Of a stretch of 64,000 bases of DNA, positions 1 to 7,491 are shown piece by piece (the first letter of the stretch is position 1; the number at the start of each line of letters is the position of its first letter). The stretch is taken from IMG/VR virus record IMGVR_UViG_3300015050_001236, positions 3,050-67,049 of that record; one strand, given 5' to 3'. Below the pieces are notes generated by a model. The model did not search any database and was not told the origin of the DNA. It saw only the letters and a list, made by a program, of their open reading frames with translations. The DNA is from a virus (lineage: Duplodnaviria; Caudoviricetes). The position numbers and the translations under genes are program-made.

Positions 1-136
1 GCGCGGCCTTCTCGGCGCTCTCGCGGTCGTTGGCCCGGGCGAGCACATTGCCGAGGGCGTCGACGGCGATGAAGTCGCTGCCGAGGTTCTCGGTCCAGCT
101 GTTCTGCTTGATGGTGGTCGGGTCGATCGAGGTCAT
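1..136 (-). CDS. Hypothetical protein, runs off left edge (MTSIDPTTIKQNSWTENLGSDFIAVDALGNVLARA...)
   Basis: Translated by hand; ATG at 136 with AAGGA RBS; open to position 1. Confidence 0.6.
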   Translation of the reverse strand, partial: MTSIDPTTIKQNSWTENLGSDFIAVDALGNVLARANDRESAEKAA

Positions 137-196
137 CGTGTCAGTCCTTCTTGGGGTATCCCGGCTCGGGGTCAACGCGCGGTAGGGCTGTTCGGC

Positions 197-523
197 TCAG
201 ACGCGCTTCCAATAACGCTTTGGCGGGTTGAGGTCGCCCCACGGATCGGGGGCCTTGATCAGGATCTGGAGGTCGATGTTGGTCGGCTTCAACGATCTGG
301 CGCGACTCTTCTGGGCGGTGATGTAACCGCGCTTCTTCAACTCGCGGATGGCCTGGATCACCGTGGTCGACGAGCACATGCACGCATGGCTGAGCTCGAC
401 CTGGCTGGGGCTGACGCCGAAGTCGAGCCAGCACTCGCGGATGGCTTCGTAGACCTTGGCGTGGAAGGGTCTCAGTGAGGGGTCGATCTTGGTCGGCACT
501 GGTGTCTTTATGCCCAACAACAT
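197..523 (-). CDS. Winged-helix protein resembling the LexA N-terminal DNA-binding domain, no peptidase domain
   Basis: VYEAIRECWLDFGVSPSQVELSHACMCSSTTVIQAIRELKKRGYITAQKSRARSL matches the LexA_DNA_bind pattern (G.PPS..E......S...V...L..L..KGYI.R....AR.I). Confidence 0.6.
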   Translation of the reverse strand: MLLGIKTPVPTKIDPSLRPFHAKVYEAIRECWLDFGVSPSQVELSHACMCSSTTVIQAIRELKKRGYITAQKSRARSLKPTNIDLQILIKAPDPWGDLNPPKRYWKRV

Positions 524-552
524 GGAGTGTTGAGCTGGACCTTACACTGCCC

Positions 553-699
553 TCACTGAAACGGCAAGACGCCGTCGGCCGGGCCGGGCATGTAGGTGCT
601 CGTGTCATGGCTGCGCGGCAGGATGGCGCCGAGGGCCGGCGCCAGCAACGTCAGCACCACCACAATGATACCGGCGATCGCCGCGGCGTGGTCGGTCAT
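553..699 (-). CDS. Small single-TM membrane protein
   Basis: ATG at 699 overlaps stop of upstream ORF; hydrophobic AAIAGIIVVVLTLLAPALGAIL. Confidence 0.55.
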   Translation of the reverse strand: MTDHAAAIAGIIVVVLTLLAPALGAILPRSHDTSTYMPGPADGVLPFQ

Positions 700-926
700 C
701 GGTCCTTGAACCCGTCGCTCTCCGGAATCACGGCCAGCTGCGCTTCGGCGTCGCGCGTCGGGGCGACGTGGTTCTCTTCGCACCACTTCAGGAGACTGCG
801 GCGACCGCCCGTCCATGCGGCCACCATGTCCCAGCTGCCGTCGGGCTGGAGCTTCTGCACCGCCCACCTCGACCCGGACCGCAGCGCCCGGGTCTTCCTG
901 TCGAGATCGATCGTGCGCTCGGTCAT
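696..926 (-). CDS. Hypothetical protein
   Basis: 76 aa, coupled ATGA overlaps with both neighbours. Confidence 0.7.
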   Translation of the reverse strand: MTERTIDLDRKTRALRSGSRWAVQKLQPDGSWDMVAAWTGGRRSLLKWCEENHVAPTRDAEAQLAVIPESDGFKDR

Positions 927-1387
927 GCCGCGCCCGGCGGATCTTCGTCGTGGCCGGGCAGGACGCCGGCGTCATCCTTGACCCCGAAGGCGAGACTGCC
1001 CGCGACGCGCAGCTGGGCGTAGTACCACGCCTTCCGCTCGTCGCTGTCGTGCTGGTCGAAGATGCTCCACGCCTTCACCCGGCCGGTCGGCCAGATGACG
1101 ACGACCGCACAGGCGTCGTCGTCGACGCCGCGCATGACGGCGTTGCGGGCGAAGCTGGGCGTGCTGTGGTGCACGAGCTGCCGCGGCGTGATGTCCTCGT
1201 CGAACTCCGGGTCCGGCTCGAGCCGCTCGACCCAGCCGCCGCGGACGCTGTCGTCCCTGCTCTCGCACATCGAGCACTCGGTGCTGCCGTCGCTGTAGAG
1301 CATGAAGTCCTGGCTACCACAGTTACCGCAGGTCCAGACCTGTGGCTCCTCGTCTTCCTTCGGGTGGAGGGTGACGACGTTGGTCAT
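923..1387 (-). CDS. Hypothetical protein with Zn-ribbon (CGNC...CSMC)
   Basis: Two CxxC pairs; AAAAGGA RBS upstream. Confidence 0.7.
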   Translation of the reverse strand: MTNVVTLHPKEDEEPQVWTCGNCGSQDFMLYSDGSTECSMCESRDDSVRGGWVERLEPDPEFDEDITPRQLVHHSTPSFARNAVMRGVDDDACAVVVIWPTGRVKAWSIFDQHDSDERKAWYYAQLRVAGSLAFGVKDDAGVLPGHDEDPPGAA

Positions 1388-1446
1388 GGGGTGTCCTTTT
1401 CGGTTCGGCAGGTTCGAGGCTACCGCCGGTCGCTGGTGGGGTGCAA

Positions 1447-1495
1447 GCCCCGATATCGGTGGGCCGATATCGAACCGGGGTTTCCCGGTTCGGGG
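1447..1495. other. Two abutting 9-bp hairpins closed by CCCC/GGGG
   Basis: CGATATCGG-tggg-CCGATATCG and CGAACCGGG-gttt-CCCGGTTCG. Confidence 0.7.
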
Positions 1496-2368
1496 TCACA
1501 GCTTCTCATCGAGACGCTGCATCGCTTCGACAGGCACGAACCAGCCTCCTTCGACCGGTTGCCGCTGCGCTTGCAGCTGCTCGACGGCACGACGCAGTTG
1601 GCCGAGCCGGCCTTGCGGTCTAACAGGCTCGCCCGGAGTTACGCGAGGGCGGCCGCGGGTGCCGCGCGCGGCAGGTACGTCATCCGGGTGGGGCGGCAAA
1701 TGCGACCATGTCGCGCGTATTTTGACGTAGTAGATGTTCCTGCGGTCTACGCCGTGCGTTTTTGCTATTTCGTCGAGCGTTCTAGGATCGCGGCGTATCG
1801 CGCGCACCGCGTCTTCTGTAAGTTTGGCGGAGTGGTTGGCGGCGCCGCGTTGGGCGGTTCTGTCAGCGACAACGAAAGGTAGCCCGGGCCAGCTACCTTT
1901 CTTGAACAGGTTGCCGATAGTTCCGGTTCCGACACCGTAGTCGGCAGCGATTTCTCGGTAGGGTCGTGTGTCCAGCCGGATGGCGAGCACCTGTTCTTCG
2001 GTTAGCTTGGCGGCGTAGTGCTTGCTGCCGCGCTGCACGCGACCTTTGCGCGCCATGTCGGCGGCGTTGTCTGCGTCGGTGCCTTCGAACAGGTGCGCCG
2101 GATTGCAGCAGGCCCGGTTGTCGCAGGTGTGACATACGCACAAGCTGCGGTTCTCCGAGTAGCGCCCGATCGGCCCCTTGGCGAACACATAGGCCCAGCG
2201 ATGCGCACGATCGATGATCTTCTGGCCGTAGAAAAAAGCGTAGCCGGCGGGCTCGAGTTCACCGGTCCAGGGCCAGCACTCGTCGGGCTCTCGGCGGTCG
2301 ACGCGCGAGTTGAACCGGTGCTCGACCATTTCGCGTTTCGGATGAAGCAGGATATCGTTGATTGGCAT
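1496..2368 (-). CDS. HNH homing endonuclease (HNH_3-like) with two C-terminal AKLTE..V.AIR helical repeats
   Basis: AHRWAY...VCHTCDNRACCNPAHLFEGTDADNAADM; AKLTEEQVLAIR and AKLTEDAVRAIR; AGGAG RBS. Confidence 0.85.
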   Translation of the reverse strand: MPINDILLHPKREMVEHRFNSRVDRREPDECWPWTGELEPAGYAFFYGQKIIDRAHRWAYVFAKGPIGRYSENRSLCVCHTCDNRACCNPAHLFEGTDADNAADMARKGRVQRGSKHYAAKLTEEQVLAIRLDTRPYREIAADYGVGTGTIGNLFKKGSWPGLPFVVADRTAQRGAANHSAKLTEDAVRAIRRDPRTLDEIAKTHGVDRRNIYYVKIRATWSHLPPHPDDVPAARGTRGRPRVTPGEPVRPQGRLGQLRRAVEQLQAQRQPVEGGWFVPVEAMQRLDEKL

Positions 2369-2744
2369 CTGGCAGCTCCTAACTGCTGGGTTGCTCTGGT
2401 CGGTCGGGGGTGTGGAGCCCCTGACCGATTTTTATTTTTTCATATATTTTTCAACTTTTCAACTTAATTCGTATATCGGTGCGGGAAAGCGAGCCAAAAG
2501 GCATGTCTATACCCAGGCAAGTACCTAGCTCAGCCCATGGTCCTCCCCCACCCCACCCCCACCTCGCCTATGACGATTTCCGCCGGCCGCCTCCAGGTCG
2601 GCACCTGCCACCTGCCAGCATCGACGGCCGGCCGCTGCCGGCGTGCTGCCCGGCAGGCCCGAGCGCGGCGTGCGTCATCCGTAACCAATGCGTTACGCAT
2701 GCGCGCAAACGATTGGCCTGGCGCACCCCATCGGTTTCAAGTTG

Positions 2745-3323
2745 CTACTTGGCAGGCTTGCGTCGGCGGTCGGCCGGTTGCAGCGTGACTGCCGGCTGCG
2801 CCGGCTTGGATGTCGCGCGCCCTTCGATAGTAACGGACAGTTCGTCCAGGCGCTTGCGTAGCTCCGCGTCAATCTCCTCGGGGCTGCGCTGGCGTCGCTC
2901 GACCACGGTTGTTTCGCGGAACAAGTCGATACCTACCGTCTGACCTAGTAACTTGTAGGCTCCCAGCTGGACGCTTTCTTTGGTTGCATGCTGCGCTAGA
3001 CGTGCTACACCATTGAGTATCCACTCTCTTGTTAAGAATGGGGCAAGAGTTGATTGTTCATCCCTCTTAGCTTGCAACTGGCGCAGCTTTAGTTGCACGC
3101 GCGGCTCGTTGAGCATCTTGCTCGCGTTGACGCCAACCGACGCGTCATCGCTGCCCGTTCCAAGCCCGGCTTGCCGGTAGGCATTGATCGCCGTTAGCCC
3201 GGAAAACACATAAGACACAAACACTTGCTGCGCTGGCGTGAGTCCGTCGAGCGCGTCGTTCGGGTCGAGCTGCACGGTGTTCAGTGGCTGGAAATTCACA
3301 GGTTGCAACCTGGCAAGTGTCAA
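2745..3323 (-). CDS. terS: Terminase small subunit (start uncertain)
   Basis: LTPAQQVFV.YVFSGLTAINAYRQAG...VNASKMLNEPRV fits the Terminase_2 pattern. Confidence 0.75.
   Translation of the reverse strand: MTLARLQPVNFQPLNTVQLDPNDALDGLTPAQQVFVSYVFSGLTAINAYRQAGLGTGSDDASVGVNASKMLNEPRVQLKLRQLQAKRDEQSTLAPFLTREWILNGVARLAQHATKESVQLGAYKLLGQTVGIDLFRETTVVERRQRSPEEIDAELRKRLDELSVTIEGRATSKPAQPAVTLQPADRRRKPAK
3299..3312. promoter_or_regulatory. Perfect 14-bp palindrome CAGGTTGCAACCTG, possible operator
   Basis: Directly visible; follows a minus-strand TTGACA near the terS 5' end. Confidence 0.4.
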
Positions 3324-3434
3324 AACCTAACTTCGCCTGTATCGCGGCGGATCACAGCGCCACGTCAACCGGGCGCAACCGCCTGCATACCCGCGCCTTT
3401 CGATGGTAGCAACATGCTACTTGAAGCAGGTCGC

Positions 3435-3463
3435 TTGACAAACGTCTGACTTAGATGGATGGT
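3435..3463 (+). promoter_or_regulatory. sigma70-type early promoter TTGACA-N17-GATGGT
   Basis: Consensus -35, 17-nt spacer, nAnnnT -10, at the head of the plus-strand early genes. Confidence 0.55.
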
Positions 3464-3517
3464 TAGCAGGTAGAAGGCATAACTGATTTGCCGTAACCCC
3501 TTGAGGAACCGAACCAA

Positions 3518-3757
3518 ATGACCGCTATCGTGATCCATCAATCCGGTAAAAACGCTGACGCCTTCCGTGTGGCCAGCTACGGCAACGGTCTGTCCTACGC
3601 CTTCAATTTCGGCGAGAACGGCAGTCCGTCGCGTGACCTGTTCATTCAAGGCGACGACGCTACCGCCTTGCGTGACGCATTCGACGCTGCAGAGACGCGC
3701 GACCCTGAGAAACTGACGCACGACATCTGGCTAGACCTGCTCGACCCGTACCTGTGA
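3518..3757 (+). CDS. Early hypothetical protein
   Basis: AGGAACCGAACCAAATG start context; YGNG..Y and FIQGDDA motifs. Confidence 0.75.
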   Translation: MTAIVIHQSGKNADAFRVASYGNGLSYAFNFGENGSPSRDLFIQGDDATALRDAFDAAETRDPEKLTHDIWLDLLDPYL

Positions 3758-3767
3758 CAGTCGAGCC

Positions 3768-3795
3768 AAGCGGCGCACCCTATCCTGCGCCGCTT
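3768..3795 (+). other. Intergenic hairpin H1
   Basis: AAGCGGCGCA-ccctatcc-TGCGCCGCTT, 10 bp perfect. Confidence 0.7.
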
Positions 3796-3800
3796 CACTA

Positions 3801-4066
3801 GACCGCCTGCAACCCCAAAGGAACCGAACCAAATGAGCTTTTACAAAGAATACCGCGACGCCTTCAACGCCGCTTGCGACCTTGCCCGCACCCGCCAGCG
3901 TGAGATGGGGCTGGAACGCGTCGACGGCCCGCTGGAAAAGGGTTTCCGCGTCATCAGTCTGCCCAAGCCTGAAAACCGTTACGGCCACGAATTGCGTTGC
4001 CAAGTCGTGAGTCCGACCGATCCCCGCATGGCCTGACCCGACCGCCTGCAACTCCAAAGGAACCGA
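3801..4066 (+). repeat. 27-bp direct repeat (GACCGCCTGCAACYCCAAAGGAACCGA) at 3801-3827 and 4040-4066 flanking one gene
   Basis: One mismatch between copies. Confidence 0.8.
3833..4036 (+). CDS. Early hypothetical protein
   Basis: Start motif upstream; 67 aa. Confidence 0.75.
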   Translation: MSFYKEYRDAFNAACDLARTRQREMGLERVDGPLEKGFRVISLPKPENRYGHELRCQVVSPTDPRMA

Positions 4067-4074
4067 GGAACCAA

Positions 4075-4479
4075 ATGATCTCCGCTGAAACCTATGCCGT
4101 CTATCGCGCCGCTTGTGACAAGGCTGAGGCCTACCGCCAAGCTAACGCTACCTTCAGCCGTGGTGGCTGGTCCAGCATGTCGGCGGAACTGGCTGCGCAC
4201 CCCGACTATGCCGGGTGCACTAACGACATGCGCGGCGCCATCGAAGAATATGAACTCAACCGCGACCAGCCCGACGCTTTCTCGGCCTACATCACCGACA
4301 AGGGCCTGACCCTCTGGACTGGCGTGCCGATCGGCAAGGTCACCGGGTGCGGCACATGGCGCCGTAACAACTTCGGCGGCAAGTGGCGCGCTGTTAACGT
4401 TCGCGCGGCATGGGGTCAGGCGTATTACGGCCGCGAATACGACTCCCGTCAGTTGGTCAACCTCCGCCGTGTCGCCTGA
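4075..4479 (+). CDS. Early hypothetical protein
   Basis: ATG 4075 after AAAGGAACCGAGGAACC; 134 aa. Confidence 0.75.
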   Translation: MISAETYAVYRAACDKAEAYRQANATFSRGGWSSMSAELAAHPDYAGCTNDMRGAIEEYELNRDQPDAFSAYITDKGLTLWTGVPIGKVTGCGTWRRNNFGGKWRAVNVRAAWGQAYYGREYDSRQLVNLRRVA

Positions 4480-4494
4480 CACGCCTCAGGCTCG

Positions 4495-4522
4495 AGCCTT
4501 GCCGCGGCAACGCGACAAGGCT
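4495..4522 (+). other. Intergenic hairpin H2 with GCAA (GNRA) tetraloop
   Basis: AGCCTTG-c-CGCG-gcaa-CGCG-a-CAAGGCT. Confidence 0.7.
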
Positions 4523-4570
4523 TTAGCAAGCGGCGAATCCCTCGCGCTTGAACCGGAAGGAACCTGAACC

Positions 4571-4960
4571 ATGCCACGTAAAACCCCTGAAAGCGTTCTC
4601 ACTCTTGTCCGCGCTGACTTCGGCGTAGCGGACGCCTACGCCCTGCGCCGTATCGCCATGCAGCTGCACCGCTGGCATGAGCTCGAATGCGGCGTCGAAA
4701 ATGGTGGCGTCGAGCGCGATGAGACCACGGGCAAATGCTACTGGTATTCGTCGCACTCCGGCCGGCGCACGCCAACCGCAGACCGCGAGACCGGTGCCCT
4801 GAAGCGCCTGGCGTCGATCATGGCGCGCTATCCGCACCTCAGCCACTACGTGCAGGGCGATCCGCGCGGCGCCGCGCTGTATATCCTCCGGCCGGGCGAC
4901 GTTCCGCCGGGCGCTGACGCTGACGCCTATTACTCGCGAGGGCTTGCCGTCTACCAGTGA
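4571..4960 (+). CDS. Early hypothetical protein (QGDPRG.ALY motif)
   Basis: Start motif; 129 aa. Confidence 0.8.
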   Translation: MPRKTPESVLTLVRADFGVADAYALRRIAMQLHRWHELECGVENGGVERDETTGKCYWYSSHSGRRTPTADRETGALKRLASIMARYPHLSHYVQGDPRGAALYILRPGDVPPGADADAYYSRGLAVYQ

Positions 4961-4969
4961 ACCCTGCCT

Positions 4970-4994
4970 GGTCGCGGCCCGTGTGGTCGCGATT
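4970..4994 (+). other. Intergenic hairpin H3
   Basis: GGTCGCGGCC-cgtgt-GGTCGCGATT, 10 bp including G-U pairs. Confidence 0.55.
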
Positions 4995-5056
4995 GGCCAA
5001 GGCTCGATACCGCCGCTTTGGAACCCGCTGAACCCTCTCTGAAAGGAACCTGAACC

Positions 5057-5548
5057 ATGCCTTTGACCGAACGCCGCAAAGCCGATCGTGCCCAGATGGC
5101 GCAAGCCGTCATCGCGCTCGCGACCGAGCTGGGCGCCACTGCCCGGCTCGAGCCTGAAGGCGAGTCGCTATCGCCCCATGAGGTGAACGTGCACATCCGC
5201 GCCGCTCGCGGCTTGTGCGTCACTGCCTCATTCGACGGGCAATCCCCTCAGCCTGACGTGCACGTCATCAGCTGGCACATGGCGAGCGACGTCGACACCT
5301 GCCTGGCTGACACCTTCACCCGTGCCGGAGAGCCGAACCGCTACCACTTCCGCAAGGCAACAGCCGTCGCCTATGGCTTCGATAACCTGTTGCATGTGCT
5401 GCGCACCGGACTTGAGCTCGCCGCGTCAGGTGAAGCCTTCAGCGCCGAACGGGAAGCCGCCGCCATAGCCAAGGCGGGCGAAACCGCCGCCGAGCGCAAT
5501 GCCCGATACGACGCATGGCGTTCCGCGCCCGTGGCAGGCCAGCCATGA
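5057..5548 (+). CDS. Early hypothetical protein
   Basis: GAAAGGAACCTGAACCATG start; 163 aa. Confidence 0.8.
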   Translation: MPLTERRKADRAQMAQAVIALATELGATARLEPEGESLSPHEVNVHIRAARGLCVTASFDGQSPQPDVHVISWHMASDVDTCLADTFTRAGEPNRYHFRKATAVAYGFDNLLHVLRTGLELAASGEAFSAEREAAAIAKAGETAAERNARYDAWRSAPVAGQP

Positions 5549-5700
5549 CCATCCTTTACGCCATCCTCGCCCTGACCTTCCCGCCCTGCGCCTGGGAAGA
5601 CAGCACCAACTGCCATTGGGATGCGCTGGCGCGCGGCAATCATGTCGGCCAGAGTTTCGTATCCCTGAACGGCGTGGCCTTCTACGGGCCGCGCTGGTGA
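5545..5700 (+). CDS. Small Cys-containing protein (PPCAWEDSTNCHWDA..GN..G.SFV)
   Basis: ATGA overlap; hydrophobic N-terminus. Confidence 0.7.
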   Translation: MTILYAILALTFPPCAWEDSTNCHWDALARGNHVGQSFVSLNGVAFYGPRW

Positions 5701-5754
5701 CCTGATCGACTGCAGGGCGCGTCAACCGCTGGCGCGCCTCAACCGTCGATCAGG
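5701..5754 (+). other. Intergenic hairpin H4 with internal loop
   Basis: CCTGATCGAC/GTCGATCAGG outer stem, GGGCGCG/CGCGCCT inner stem. Confidence 0.7.
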
Positions 5755-5780
5755 ACGGACCACGAAAGGAACCCTGAACC

Positions 5781-6032
5781 ATGCCTGCCCTGCATTCCGA
5801 ACCAACCACGACCGCCGGCCTCTTGATGTCCCTCTGCGCCAGCCTGCCAGATCCCCGTTGCCCGATCGCGCGCCGCGCCGCTCGCGTTGCCGCTCGGCTA
5901 AGTGAAGGAGCTTCGACCCGAGCCGATCGTCGCGATGCGGCCGACCTGCTCGCCTCGCTGCTCTCGATGGCCGACGCCGGCCTGGCTATGGACGCCGATG
6001 GCCTGCTCTCGTCCGACTTCGACGATGAGTGA
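5781..6032 (+). CDS. Hypothetical protein
   Basis: Start motif; 83 aa. Confidence 0.65.
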   Translation: MPALHSEPTTTAGLLMSLCASLPDPRCPIARRAARVAARLSEGASTRADRRDAADLLASLLSMADAGLAMDADGLLSSDFDDE

Positions 6033-6222
6033 ACGGCTCGTCACCGTGGACGCACGCGACAGGGTCTGGCTCAGGTCAGACCCTACCGTCGAGCTCGTCC
6101 CCAGCTTCCGCAACTGGCGCCGCTCGAAAAAGCGCGCATGGTGGAGGTGTCACCGCGGGCGCACGCCTTTAGGGCCTTGGCAGCTGACTACCGCTCTCGC
6201 CATCGCTGCCGCGGATCTCTGA
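6025..6222 (+). CDS. Hypothetical Trp/Arg-rich protein
   Basis: Overlaps upstream stop; 65 aa. Confidence 0.45.
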   Translation: MSERLVTVDARDRVWLRSDPTVELVPSFRNWRRSKKRAWWRCHRGRTPLGPWQLTTALAIAAADL

Positions 6223-6244
6223 CCGCGGCGGCGGGGCCAGCACA

Positions 6245-6360
6245 TGGAACAGTAACACCTCTCTAAGGTCCCCAGCTTTTAAGTTACTACCTTCTTATTA
6301 ACGTTCTTACTGTAACCTTTAGAGTCTCATACTACTCCATAGCTAAGAGATATAGCCGGA
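6245..6360. other. AT-rich non-coding tract, candidate origin or unwinding element
   Basis: Sharp drop in GC; recurring GTAAC/GTTAC and TTCTTA words; no ORF. Confidence 0.4.
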
Positions 6361-6478
6361 GAACAAGGGGAAAATCGCCCCTGAAAGTTTACGCCGACCG
6401 ACCGATCCGGGCGGCGGCATCGGCAGCAGTGGATTTCCTTACGCCAGCTTAGTACGAAGCCGCCTGGCTATGTTCGCG

Positions 6479-6507
6479 TTGACAGCCGCCCAAAAAGCGG
6501 CTATACG
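6479..6507 (+). promoter_or_regulatory. sigma70 promoter TTGACA-N17-TATACG with an inverted repeat spanning the spacer
   Basis: ttgacAGCCGC-ccaaaaa-GCGGCTatacg. Confidence 0.7.
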
Positions 6508-6544
6508 CCTTCACAGACCGACTTCCTAAGCACGGAAAACCGCC

Positions 6545-7453
6545 TTGCCGTTGGTATCTGATAATACCCTGGCCGACATTCGCCGCCTCATCGAGTACGA
6601 TCCCGATGACGGGTCGCTACGTTGGCGCGAGCAGCGATCACCGCGCGTTCTTGCCGGCGACTTCGCCGGCAGCTGGGTCGAGCGCGACAAGCGCCTTGTC
6701 ATCAGCGTTAACGGCCGGTCCCTGCCCGCGTCGTCTATCGCGTGGTTTCTGGCCCACGGCGAGTGGCCCGACGGCCCGGTCAAGTTGGAAACCAACGCCG
6801 ACCGCGACCCGATGACCATCCCGCTCGACGACATGTATCTGGCCGAAGAGCACCTGTCGGAGAACCCGGCCGCCGCCTACATGCGCGAGTATCGCCGCCG
6901 CCAGCGCGCAATCGCCCGCACGTCCTCGAAGGTCAAGGGGGTGCGCTGGAGCCGCCATCAGGAAGAGTGGGAATGCTACTCGCCCCGCAACGCCAGCACG
7001 ATATACGCTCGGTTCAGGAAAAAGCGCGACGCCGAGGCGTACCAATACCGGTTGCTGGCGGCGCTGGCGTGGATTGACCGCAACCCCCCGCGCATCGTGC
7101 TTCCCGGCGACGACCAGATATTCGCTGTCGGTGACAAGCCCAACGGGCGCCAGGCCATGTCGCTGGCCGAAGCCAAGCTCTGGTTCGCCAACGCCCCGAG
7201 CGGCCTTGTCTATCGCGAAGGGCCTTTCCCCGGCGCGCCGGCTGGCTATCTCGTCGAAGCGCTGACCACAAACCGACCGCAGGTGCGCGTTCACGGGAGG
7301 CACTACGCCGCCGCTTCGATTGCGTGGTTCATCGCCCACGGTGAGTGGCCACGGCGTAAGGCCATCGTCTTCAAGGACGGAAACGTCCTGAATACGCGGA
7401 TCGACAACCTCGTCCACCGCGGTGCGCTCGACGACGACACCGAAGAAGACTGA
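6545..7453 (+). CDS. Protein with two degenerate HNH-endonuclease-like domains around an AP2-like segment
   Basis: YDPDDGSLRW...ASSIAWFLAHGEWP and AAASIAWFIAHGEWP...VFKDGNVLNTRIDNL; central KGVRWSRHQEEW. Confidence 0.7.
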   Translation: MPLVSDNTLADIRRLIEYDPDDGSLRWREQRSPRVLAGDFAGSWVERDKRLVISVNGRSLPASSIAWFLAHGEWPDGPVKLETNADRDPMTIPLDDMYLAEEHLSENPAAAYMREYRRRQRAIARTSSKVKGVRWSRHQEEWECYSPRNASTIYARFRKKRDAEAYQYRLLAALAWIDRNPPRIVLPGDDQIFAVGDKPNGRQAMSLAEAKLWFANAPSGLVYREGPFPGAPAGYLVEALTTNRPQVRVHGRHYAAASIAWFIAHGEWPRRKAIVFKDGNVLNTRIDNLVHRGALDDDTEED

Positions 7454-7491
7454 ACCAGCACGACCCCCGAACGAAAGGAACCAGAACCCAA

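Noticed and set aside
3480-5800. Repeat-spaced early region as a CRISPR-like or integron array
   Set aside because: Repeats are RBS motifs separated by whole genes; no cas genes (DUF2800 is a replication nuclease) and no integrase or attC-type conserved ends.
6275-6305. Two TTAA words as a possible CtrA site
   Set aside because: Spacing does not fit TTAA-N7-TTAA.
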